Below are positions 16,172 through 24,000 of a DNA stretch of 24,000 nt, in pieces. This stretch comes from Candidatus Caldarchaeum subterraneum. GTDB lineage: Archaea > Thermoproteota > Nitrososphaeria_A > Caldarchaeales > Caldarchaeaceae. Position 1 is the stretch's first letter. Every line of letters starts with the position of its first letter. Under the pieces are notes generated by a model, which was given only the letters and a program-made list of their open reading frames with translations, did not search any database and was not told the DNA's origin. The stretch is from NCBI GenBank assembly GCA_000270325.1, contig BA000048.1, positions 187,041-211,040 of the forward strand. The letters are read 5' to 3'. Both the position numbers and the translations under genes were made by a program.

Positions 16172-17284
16172 ATGAGATTTTCGGAAACTTTGCTGGATGT
16201 TCTAAATCTAGTTAAAAAATTTGGGCGAGTGATTGCAGTTGACGGGGTCACGTTTAATGTCGAGAAGGGTGAATGCCTGGCTCTTCTAGGACCCAGCGGC
16301 TGCGGCAAAACAACAACCCTCCGATGTGTCGCAGGCCTCGAGAAAGCCGATATGGGAGAGATACGGATAGGAGACCGGGTTGTGTTTTCGAAGGATACTT
16401 TCCTACCGCCAGAGAAAAGAGGTGTTGGAATGGTTTTCCAAAGCTACGCTCTGTGGCCGCATATGACCGTTTTCGACAACGTCGCCTATCCGCTGAAAAT
16501 TAGAAAATATCAAAAAACAGAGATAAAAAACAGGGTTAGTCATGCCCTTGAACTGGTTGGCCTCGCAGGATTTGAGAACAGGTATCCGAGCCAGTTGAGC
16601 GGCGGACAGCAGCAGCGGGTGGCACTTGCTAGAGCCATAGTGTATGAGCCGAGCCTAATTTTGTTGGACGAGCCGTTAAGCAACTTGGACGCTAAACTAC
16701 GGGAGAAGATGAGGGTGGAGCTGAAGAGGCTTCTCAAAAAAATCGGCTTAACCACGCTCTATGTAACACATGACCAGGAAGAAGCCTTCGTCATCGCTGA
16801 CAAAGTCGCTGTCATGAATAACGGAAAGATAATGCAAATGGGCAAACCCCTGGAAATATATGAAAGACCTATCAACAGCTTCGTCGCAGAATTCATAGGA
16901 CGAGCAAACCTGATTGAGGCCAGAGTTGTTGAGAGAGGGGACAATTCTGGCATGGGCTTGATATCCTTAAGAAAACTCGGCGACATTATGCTACAGTGCC
17001 GTGTTCCCGAATACATTGGAACAGAATGCATAGCCGTTATAAGGTCCAACGAAATAGCCATTCGAAGCAGCGGGCGGGAAAATGGGTTAAACACATTGAC
17101 CGGCCATGTTTCATTCATCGAGTTCCGGGGGCAGTATATTGACCTGAGAGTGGACGTCGGCAACGGAGTGGAGATGGTTGTCAGCACTCATCGGTTCTGC
17201 GGAGTTGCAAACATCGAGGAACTTAGCGTCGGTAAAAAAGTGCACCTCTACATCGAGCCTGATGCAATAACCTTAACCCAGTAG
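16172..17284 (+). CDS. ABC transporter ATP-binding protein (FbpC/PotA/MalK-type with TOBE-like C-terminus)
   Basis: 370 aa; LLGPSGCGKTTTLRCVAGLE (Walker A), QLSGGQQQRVALARA (signature), PSLILLDEPLSNLDAKLR (Walker B), YVTHDQEEAF. Confidence 0.96.
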   Translation: MRFSETLLDVLNLVKKFGRVIAVDGVTFNVEKGECLALLGPSGCGKTTTLRCVAGLEKADMGEIRIGDRVVFSKDTFLPPEKRGVGMVFQSYALWPHMTVFDNVAYPLKIRKYQKTEIKNRVSHALELVGLAGFENRYPSQLSGGQQQRVALARAIVYEPSLILLDEPLSNLDAKLREKMRVELKRLLKKIGLTTLYVTHDQEEAFVIADKVAVMNNGKIMQMGKPLEIYERPINSFVAEFIGRANLIEARVVERGDNSGMGLISLRKLGDIMLQCRVPEYIGTECIAVIRSNEIAIRSSGRENGLNTLTGHVSFIEFRGQYIDLRVDVGNGVEMVVSTHRFCGVANIEELSVGKKVHLYIEPDAITLTQ

Positions 17285-17360
17285 GTGACAACATGTTAAA
17301 ACATTTTTACGGCGTTTGATGCGGCGAGGGAGATTATGTGGTTGACGGTGATCATCCTTT

Positions 17361-18305
17361 TTGGAAAAGATATTAATGCCCAGTGTGTTTTCCATCCTGT
17401 TGACGGGAGAAAGAATCCTACTTGGTTTCAACAAGTTCGCTTTTCACTGGTTCTTTCCCGAGCTCGTTGCTTTAGAGCATGGGTTTTTTGGTGAGAACGG
17501 TCTGAGATGCGAGTTGGTGGAGTTGAGGGGTGGAGGGGTGGAAAAGTCAGACCTCTACGTGGATGCTTTGAGAACAGGTAAAACAGATTTTTACCACTGC
17601 GGCGAATGGGTGGGTGTTGTCAGGGTTTTAAAGAACACGGCGGGGAAAATTGTCGCGCAGTCCAAGCCCGCACCCGGTACGCTCAACTCTTCTTTCACAA
17701 TATTTGTTAGACAGGATTCAGGAATCTCGTCGCCAAGGGATTTGGCTGGTAAGTCGATAGCGGTTGAAGCGGGAACAGGCTCTTTTTACGCCGCCCGCAT
17801 GGATTTAGAGCCTTATGTGAAGAGTGAGGAGATAAGGCTGATCAGCGTGTCGGAGCCTCATGCTAGGCTGAAGGCTTTGATGGATGGACGTGTAAGCGCG
17901 GCAAGTCTTCTCGGGCCTTGGACGAAGATAGCTGTAAAACTTGGACTCAAGCCTGTTTTAACCACTAAACGGGACAACCCCACTCTTCTCATCGTCTCCG
18001 ACCGTCTCGGCGACGAAACGGTTGTAAGGCTTATCAAATCTATTAACAAAGCAGTTGAAAAAATTAACTCAGACCCCTCGGCGTACAGTGATTTGTACAT
18101 GGATTATCTTAGGCAAGTGGTTGACGAGGGCGGATTGGACAGCAGATGGCTGGACAGCTTAGACAAAGACTCCCTTGTAGATAGATGGAGTACCTGGGAA
18201 CCATATTCATACAGTCGCTTGTATCAAGTTTCGCGCTGGATGTTGGAGAGAGGGCTTGTTTCCACGGTGCCTGACAACAATGTTGTGAGGAGTCTGCGGA
18301 TTTAA
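17361..18305 (+). CDS. NMT1/SBP-like periplasmic-binding-fold protein without obvious signal peptide
   Basis: 314 aa from a TTG; FFPELVALEHGFFGENGLRCELVELRGGG...LRTGKTDFYHCGEWVGVVRVLKN...DSGISSPRDLAGKSIAVEAGTGSFYAARMDLE...RVSAASLLGPWTKIAVKLGLKPVL. Confidence 0.75.
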   Translation: MEKILMPSVFSILLTGERILLGFNKFAFHWFFPELVALEHGFFGENGLRCELVELRGGGVEKSDLYVDALRTGKTDFYHCGEWVGVVRVLKNTAGKIVAQSKPAPGTLNSSFTIFVRQDSGISSPRDLAGKSIAVEAGTGSFYAARMDLEPYVKSEEIRLISVSEPHARLKALMDGRVSAASLLGPWTKIAVKLGLKPVLTTKRDNPTLLIVSDRLGDETVVRLIKSINKAVEKINSDPSAYSDLYMDYLRQVVDEGGLDSRWLDSLDKDSLVDRWSTWEPYSYSRLYQVSRWMLERGLVSTVPDNNVVRSLRI

Positions 18306-19996
18306 ATTGTTTTTTCCCGGATGATTCTGAAGCCGAATCTGTGAGCTATGAACAGAAGGCACATAAGTGTTGTTGTGTAGATAAGTCCTCCAGCAACGAC
18401 GGTTAATTTCTCGCCCGTGTTCCATAGGGCGAAAAGGGTTGTTGATAGAACTGTGGAGTTGTGTGTGACCAGCAGGACAGCGACACCTAGGTCTGTTATC
18501 GTTCTGATGAAAACATAGAGAGCTGCTGATGAAACAGCTGTTCGCAACAGCGGTATAGTTATTCGCGTGATTGTTGTAAAAACTCCTCCGCCGTGAACTA
18601 TAGCCGAATCCTCTAAGTCTCTGTGAATCTGCAGAAGCGAGCCAGACAGGAATCTTATAACCAGCGGGATGTATCTTAGGCTGTAAGCGTAAACAAGGGC
18701 CCAGATAGTTCCGTATAAACCTATGTCGATGTAGATGACTGACCAGAAGATACCCACGGCAAGCACAATAGGGGGAAAGGCAAGTGGAATAGATAATAAT
18801 GTGGTGAGGGCTCTTCCCCCGCGTATTGGTCTTCTAACACTAAAGTATGTTCCAAGAAACCCTATTCCAACAGCTAACGCAGTTGAGGAAAATGAAACCA
18901 CTAAACTGTTTACAAATGCTTGGCTTGTTGTTGGATAGTTGAAGAATTTTATGTAGTTGTCCAAAGTGATGTTCGTGAATAGATACTCCGGGTTCCAGTA
19001 TTTTTGGAAGGATGCTGCTGCTAAAGTGGCTATCAAGGGTATGGGATGTATCAAGAGATATCCAATCAAGATCAACGTTCCTAGGGGCCTGTATTTTCCA
19101 AGGCTTAACTCGGCGACTATACCTGTTTTCCCGGTCAGCGTCTCGTATCTATCGGCTTTTTTTGAAAACCAGTTGTAGACAATAATCAGCAGAATGGATA
19201 TGGTTAACAAAGTTGTAGCGTAGGCTGTTGCCGAACCGTATCTTGGAGGAACCTCGCTCACCAACTGTGAGTATATTGTTGTGGTTATCACGTAGACGCC
19301 CGACGGTATGCCTATTATGGCAGGTGTATCAAAGGCTTCGAGGGCTACTATGAAGCAGTAAAGGAATGCTGACGCGATGGATGGGGCGCTGAGAGGAAGC
19401 ACTATACGTTTATAAACTTGGAACAACCCTCCGCCGGATATTCTCCCAATCTCTTCAAGCGACCTATCGAACAAGGTGAATGTCGGAGCTGTAATCATAA
19501 GTGCTACGGGGGTGAGGTTTATCCCCATAACCAACGTCATCCCCTGCAACGTGTAAAGGTTTACCAACGGCTCCTCAAACCCGGTTAAACGCATGTAAGC
19601 CATGTTGACTAAGCCTGTCCTCGGGCTGAGCAAATAGGTCCAGCCAATGCTTTCTACGGAGGAGGGGATGGCGAAAGTGATTAAGGAGGCGTAAACGACG
19701 GTTTTTTTGAAGAACACATCTGTACGGGAGGCTAAGAATGCAAGAGTTGAGCCGACAACGGTGGCCAGCAGAGCGGACCCCGCGGCGAACACAAAAGTGT
19801 TTAACAAAACTGTTCCAAGATACTTGTCATTGAACAACTCAATATAGTTGGAAAAAGTCAAGTGGCCAGGTTTTCCGGGTGCTGAACTCCAAACAGTGCC
19901 AAAAAAGAGAAAGGCAGCCGGTTGGAGAACCAGAAAACCTCCTATGGTGAAGATTATGTAGGTTAGGAGTCTTGGGGTATACTGCTTTAGCCGCAT
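18302..19996 (-). CDS. ABC transporter permease, fused two-domain FbpB-type (iron/sulfate/thiamine family)
   Basis: 564 aa, about 12 hydrophobic segments and two EAA-type loops (EEIGRISGGGLFQVYKRIVLPLSAPSIASAF and LEDSAIVHGGGVFTTITRITIPLLRTAV). Confidence 0.92.
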   Translation of the reverse strand: MRLKQYTPRLLTYIIFTIGGFLVLQPAAFLFFGTVWSSAPGKPGHLTFSNYIELFNDKYLGTVLLNTFVFAAGSALLATVVGSTLAFLASRTDVFFKKTVVYASLITFAIPSSVESIGWTYLLSPRTGLVNMAYMRLTGFEEPLVNLYTLQGMTLVMGINLTPVALMITAPTFTLFDRSLEEIGRISGGGLFQVYKRIVLPLSAPSIASAFLYCFIVALEAFDTPAIIGIPSGVYVITTTIYSQLVSEVPPRYGSATAYATTLLTISILLIIVYNWFSKKADRYETLTGKTGIVAELSLGKYRPLGTLILIGYLLIHPIPLIATLAAASFQKYWNPEYLFTNITLDNYIKFFNYPTTSQAFVNSLVVSFSSTALAVGIGFLGTYFSVRRPIRGGRALTTLLSIPLAFPPIVLAVGIFWSVIYIDIGLYGTIWALVYAYSLRYIPLVIRFLSGSLLQIHRDLEDSAIVHGGGVFTTITRITIPLLRTAVSSAALYVFIRTITDLGVAVLLVTHNSTVLSTTLFALWNTGEKLTVVAGGLIYTTTLMCLLFIAHRFGFRIIREKTI

Positions 19997-20002
19997 TTTG
20001 TT

Positions 20003-21244
20003 CTACTTTGCGCCGAATCCCATGTCCTTAAACCTTGTAGCCCAGTCCCTGGCCTTTGCTATGGCCTCCTCGTCTGGATAGTTAACGATTTTCAGAGTAG
20101 GTGGAAAAAAGTTTTGGATGGTAAACTTTGCGGGTGTTTGTGGTCGAGCGGGAAACCTGACAGGTGTGTTGCCTATTATTGTTTGACCTTCTTGGGACAG
20201 TAGATAGTCGACTAGGAGCTTCGCTGAGTTGGGGTTTTTCGTTGTGTTTATTATGGCTACGTGGGCGAATGTTGTGAGTAACGGTACTTCGGATGGGAGG
20301 AAGTAGTCAACAGGGGCTCCCTGCATCTTCAGCCTAACGATGTCGTGAAGGTTTGCGATAAGGCCAATGTAGTATTCTCCGCTGGCAACTTTCTCAGCCA
20401 CAGTCGCTGTCGAGATGTCGAGAACCGGCTTAACGTTTGTAGCCAGCCTTTCTATGAAACGATTCCACGCTGTTTCACCGATTATGTTTTTCAGCGTAAC
20501 AAGATACTGTGTTCCCACTGTCCCGAGAGTTATGTCATGCATTATCACTTTACCTTGCCACTGTGGGTCTGTGAGCTGGTCCAGCGTTGAGGGGGGTTGT
20601 TTAACTTTGTCGGTGTTGTATGCGAAGGCTATAGGGAGGAGGACGAATGCTGTCCATTCTCCGTTCCTGTCCTTTAGCATCTCTGGGTATGAAGCTGCTG
20701 ATGGCGAGACATAGGGCAGGTAGTGTTTTTCCTGCGCCAACCTTATTCCAGTTGTGTGAGAAATGACCACCAAATCCGCTGTAGGCTTGTTGGCGGATAT
20801 CTCGCTAGTAACCCTTGTATACACCTCCGGGGGCCTCATAGACTCGTAGACCACCTGAATAAATGGATATTTTGCCTGAAAAGCGTCCAATGTTGATTTG
20901 ATGTCGGCGTAGTCTACACTGCCGTAGACCACAAGCTTTCCGCTCTCCCTTCTCGCCGCTTCAATCTTTGCCTGTGTCTCCTCCCTTTCGGCGATAATTT
21001 TCTCAGCTTGCTGAGGAGATTCGATACCCGCGGCCTTGGCATAAAGTATGATGAGCTTCTCGAGGGAATCAAGACGGCTTTGAAGGTAATCGATTTTGGG
21101 CTGAATTTGTCTAACTGCTGCCGACGAGGCGTCCGACTGAATCATTTGAAGACTAGAAGCTGTGTAACCCGCCGCCAACAAGGAGATTAGAACCGCGACA
21201 ACAGCAATTAAGAGGGGTGTTTTCCCAGCCGCTGCACCGGCCAT
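20003..21244 (-). CDS. ABC transporter extracellular solute-binding protein (FbpA/iron(III)-type), N-terminally membrane-anchored
   Basis: GKLVVYGSVDYADIKSTLDAFQAKYPFIQVVY...VSGEYYIGLI-type region...LLVDYLLSQEGQTIIGNTPVRFPARP. Track ORF starts 21352, but ATG 21244 (MAGAAAGKTPLLIAVVAVLISLLAAG) fits the anchor and the TATA at 21266..21275. Confidence 0.88.
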   Translation of the reverse strand: MAGAAAGKTPLLIAVVAVLISLLAAGYTASSLQMIQSDASSAAVRQIQPKIDYLQSRLDSLEKLIILYAKAAGIESPQQAEKIIAEREETQAKIEAARRESGKLVVYGSVDYADIKSTLDAFQAKYPFIQVVYESMRPPEVYTRVTSEISANKPTADLVVISHTTGIRLAQEKHYLPYVSPSAASYPEMLKDRNGEWTAFVLLPIAFAYNTDKVKQPPSTLDQLTDPQWQGKVIMHDITLGTVGTQYLVTLKNIIGETAWNRFIERLATNVKPVLDISTATVAEKVASGEYYIGLIANLHDIVRLKMQGAPVDYFLPSEVPLLTTFAHVAIINTTKNPNSAKLLVDYLLSQEGQTIIGNTPVRFPARPQTPAKFTIQNFFPPTLKIVNYPDEEAIAKARDWATRFKDMGFGAK

Positions 21245-21265
21245 AAACCGTTGTAGGATGGTATT

Positions 21266-21275
21266 GTTTATATTT
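21266..21275 (-). promoter_or_regulatory. TATA-like box for the solute-binding protein gene within a short divergent promoter
   Basis: gttTATATTt (AAATATAAAC on the minus strand) lies 22-31 nt upstream of ATG 21244. The divergent HTH gene starts at 21300. Confidence 0.5.
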
Positions 21276-21299
21276 CTTTTGTCATAATTTTTTTGACAC

Positions 21300-22034
21300 T
21301 TGAATACCAGAGAGAACATCATAAGAATGCTTGCAGCTGGGCCTTTGACCATCTCCCAGCTCGCTTTTAGACTGGGTATCCCGAGACAGTTGGTTCACTA
21401 CCATGTGAAACATCTGCAGTCTGAAGGCCTAATTAGGGTTAAAGATGTTGTGAAAACAGGCAGAAGAGTTTCCTCGAAGGCATACATGTTGAAACAGGGT
21501 GCAGTCCTCGCTGTCGCTGACCCATACGAGGTGGAAAAGGTATCGGCTTGGCTGGAACACTATTATGTTAGAAACGTCCGCAATATGAGTAAAAAAAGTC
21601 GAACCGCAAAGAATCCCAGTATTGAGCTCCCTTTGTTCTTTTACCACTTAATGAGGCTGTGTTCAAACCCGGGAATGGATGCTGGCGGTCTTTTCAGAAT
21701 ATATGGTGAGCGGTTTGCCGAAGATGTGATAATAAAAAATGTTCACCCAAATGACAGTAGGGGCTCAGGGTTCAAGATGTTTGGAAAAGCTCTGCTATTG
21801 TTTAAAGAGTTTGCTTCCGCAAATTTGGCGATGATGAATGAAAATGGGCTGATTCATTTCCGGGCATTCCTGGGCTCGGACGTGTATGACTCGAGGGTTG
21901 ACGAATTCATTCATTCAGTGTTGCGGCGACTTGTGAATGCTTATCTGGGAGGTAGGTTTGTTGTTCACAAGTTTCCGCCTAACGGGAAGACATATTCATA
22001 CATTATCAAGAGAACTGGTGTCAAGGAGCTGTAG
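21300..22034 (+). CDS. Winged-helix (ArsR-like) transcriptional regulator
   Basis: 244 aa from TTG; ENIIRMLAAGPLTISQLAFRLGIPRQLVHYHVKHLQSEGLIRVKDVVKTGRRVSSKAYML is a clear wHTH with wing. Confidence 0.82.
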   Translation: MNTRENIIRMLAAGPLTISQLAFRLGIPRQLVHYHVKHLQSEGLIRVKDVVKTGRRVSSKAYMLKQGAVLAVADPYEVEKVSAWLEHYYVRNVRNMSKKSRTAKNPSIELPLFFYHLMRLCSNPGMDAGGLFRIYGERFAEDVIIKNVHPNDSRGSGFKMFGKALLLFKEFASANLAMMNENGLIHFRAFLGSDVYDSRVDEFIHSVLRRLVNAYLGGRFVVHKFPPNGKTYSYIIKRTGVKEL

Positions 22035-22647
22035 CTTTTTTGGAAACAACGTAACCCATGTAAATGGCGTCAAGCATGGACCAGTGGACATCGCAGTTGA
22101 AGGCCGCTGCTTGCAGGCATTTTTTCAGCATCTCTCTGCCTCTTATATGTGGGGCGACAAGTTCAAGAACCAGGTCTACATCTTCCTTAAGGTAGGAGAG
22201 CCTTTCAAGAAAGAACTCTACACCTCGCTGGTCAATCCAGTTGTAATGGTTTCTCAAAGCAGTTATTCTCTTGGGAAGCTCGTCTAATGCGAAGAGTTCC
22301 GAGAGCGATGCCGCCGCACCCTCAAACCAACTAACGGTTCTAACAAAGTTGATGTATGCGTCAACAGCCATCCTCACTCCCGGCAATATGTCCATTTTCT
22401 CCAAGGTAGTGCTCGCTATCCCAGCTGCCTCCGCAAACTTCGCCCACCCCTCTACATCTCCTCTATAGGCGCCCAAGCCCTCTCTTTTCATCATGCGCTG
22501 CAGCCACATCTTTCTCGACACGGGTTCTGTGATGTTTGACAGTATGATGGAGTCTTTCACGGGGATTTGTCGTTGATAGTAGTAGCGGTTGATAATCCAG
22601 CCTCTGACCTGCTGGGGTGTTAGTTTTCCGTTGTAGAAAAGCTTCAT
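22021..22647 (-). CDS. PqqC-like protein (pyrroloquinoline-quinone synthase family); in-frame coding may extend to 22701
   Basis: KLTPQQVRGWIINRYYYQRQIPVKDSIILSN, LPGVRMAVDAYINFVRTVSWFEGAAASLSELFAL and HWSMLDAIYMGY closely match PqqC. A further 18 in-frame codons upstream encode ...HIADRYFSNHPF. Confidence 0.85.
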   Translation of the reverse strand: MKLFYNGKLTPQQVRGWIINRYYYQRQIPVKDSIILSNITEPVSRKMWLQRMMKREGLGAYRGDVEGWAKFAEAAGIASTTLEKMDILPGVRMAVDAYINFVRTVSWFEGAAASLSELFALDELPKRITALRNHYNWIDQRGVEFFLERLSYLKEDVDLVLELVAPHIRGREMLKKCLQAAAFNCDVHWSMLDAIYMGYVVSKKATAP

Positions 22648-23513
22648 GAAAGGATGGTTTGAAAAATATCTGTCGGCGATATGTTTCTTAATTTTTTTTG
22701 CTCAGCTCTTGTGGCTGCAACCTGAGAGGGGTTCTTGAGAATTAGATTTAACCATATTCCCGAGGATGCCGCCAAAGCGAGGAAAAACCCTTGAAAAGCT
22801 TGAGCGACCAAGTAGTAGATGTTTTCTGGAAGCGGGAGAACTAGCAGGGTTCCAGCCCGCCACAAAACATCGGCAAAAACACTGGCTAGGACAAGGGCGA
22901 CTACGCAAAAGCCCGTGAGCAAAGCAAACCTGTGAACATAATTCGTCCAGCCTTTAAAGAACATAAAGGTTATCAGGAGAAGTGATAACGCCATTGCTGT
23001 ACGGAGTAGGTTGGAGTAAACATTGTTTCCTAAGGCATCTACGCCGGGCATGACAGCAAACCAGAACAATACACTAAGCCCTGCATACGTCTCGAGGGAC
23101 CAGTCCTCATTTCTGGTTTTAGTTGAATGTCTCAGCTGCATTGGGAGCCTGTATCCAAGCAAAAACGCTCCCATACTTAGCTGGGTTGAGATAACAATCG
23201 AGAAGATGGCCTGAGGGAGTGTAGGCGCCTGTTCGACAACCAGTCTTCCGAGAAGTTTACCCGCCGTAATGGCGAAGACGAGAAAGACTTCTTCGCCTCT
23301 TCCGAGTTGGGACCCCTGCAGAAGTCCGTAAACCAGAAATATGATGGTTAACTGAAAAACCACATAGTGGACAAAATAGTAAGCAGCCAGCGACTCGTAA
23401 ACACCTCCACCTCTAGTCAGCAGATACATTCTCAAGTCCATGGCCATGTTGTCGACAAGCAGAGAAACCAAGAAGACGCCGACAAACAATGCAGCGGCCT
23501 TTGCAAAATTCAC
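22644..23513 (-). CDS. Polytopic membrane protein of unknown function
   Basis: 289 aa with about 7-8 hydrophobic segments. TGA stop overlaps the PqqC ATG (ATGA). TATA-like tttataaaat at 23535..23544. Confidence 0.7.
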   Translation of the reverse strand: MNFAKAAALFVGVFLVSLLVDNMAMDLRMYLLTRGGGVYESLAAYYFVHYVVFQLTIIFLVYGLLQGSQLGRGEEVFLVFAITAGKLLGRLVVEQAPTLPQAIFSIVISTQLSMGAFLLGYRLPMQLRHSTKTRNEDWSLETYAGLSVLFWFAVMPGVDALGNNVYSNLLRTAMALSLLLITFMFFKGWTNYVHRFALLTGFCVVALVLASVFADVLWRAGTLLVLPLPENIYYLVAQAFQGFFLALAASSGIWLNLILKNPSQVAATRAEQKKLRNISPTDIFQTILS

Positions 23514-23605
23514 ACCAGCCCCCTTCCCTACGACTTTATAAAATTTATTAATCTAGCCGGGTTTTTGGATTATGTTAAAATGATAGTTAAAAACGTGCCA
23601 TGTTG

Positions 23606-24000
23606 TGAAGAGAAAATTTATAGTAATTTTCGCGGTCGTTTTTGTGGCCGCCGTAGCCGGGTTCTTCACCATGCTCAGTCAGCGTCCGGAGGTTAGGTCT
23701 TTGACGGTCACCGTGTATGAATTCGGGTATAGGGTCGATGGCGGCGAGCCTACAATAAGGATGAAAGCCGGTGAGGAGGTTAGAATATTGTTCGAAAACA
23801 GGGGAACACATGACCATGAGTTTCTCCTAGTCCGTGACAAGGATGAGGCAATTGGGGTTGTGGAGAAAAAACTTGAGGCCGGTGCATCAGACGCGGAGCT
23901 TGACAGGCTTAAGGCAGAGATGGCTCTCATGGGTGTCCGGTTCGAGTCTGAGCCGGGCGGTACATCGGTTTTTAGGCTTAGGTTGACAGAACCCGGAACA
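23606..24000 (+). CDS. Membrane-anchored/exported cupredoxin-like protein, incomplete at right edge
   Basis: Not in the ORF track. GTG at 23606 opens VKRKFIVIFAVVFVAAVAGFFTMLSQRPEVRSLTVTVYEFGYRVDGGEPTIRMKAGEEVRILFENRGTHDHEFLLVRDKDEAIG..., open to the window end. TVYEFGYRV...AGEEVRILFENRGTHDHEF is cupredoxin-like. Confidence 0.72.

Noticed and set aside
18207-18425. 72-aa minus-strand ORF at the convergent 3' junction
   Set aside because: Spans the interleaved stop codons of two strong genes and has no domain signal.
1-24000. CRISPR array, IS element or prophage
   Set aside because: No regularly spaced direct repeats, transposase or integrase motifs seen. The only mobile-type gene is the LAGLIDADG endonuclease.

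Overview
The window looks archaeal, probably from a thermophilic Thaumarchaeota/Aigarchaeota-like lineage. That lineage call is inference from gene content, TATA-type promoters with start codons about 22-38 nt downstream, and a BHB-type tRNA intron. It encodes three tRNAs: Met(CAT), Gly(TCC), and Phe(GAA) with a 21-nt intron inside the D-arm. Protein-coding content includes a MOSC protein and a LAGLIDADG homing endonuclease whose 3' end runs antisense into tRNA-Gly. It also includes a GT4 glycosyltransferase + MscS pair, a type II methionine aminopeptidase, a small Zn ribbon, a DUF1512-like protein, a type IA topoisomerase with an unknown partner, an SDR, an Ogt-like methyltransferase and an Rdx/SelW-like protein. 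The right half holds a possible quinoprotein / copper electron-transfer region: a membrane-anchored PQQ-type beta-propeller, a free-standing CuA-like protein with an unusual ligand loop, an NTF2-like membrane protein, a Cys-rich exported protein, a PqqC homologue with apparent active-site substitutions and a peculiar 5' end, an unknown multi-TM protein, and a cupredoxin running off the right edge. ABC transporter genes and a winged-helix regulator lie between them. The most notable observations are the tRNA-Phe intron, the quinoprotein/CuA/PqqC neighbourhood, the PqqC start/A8 slippery tract, and a strong coding-strand G+T enrichment at the 5' ends of several probable transcripts.
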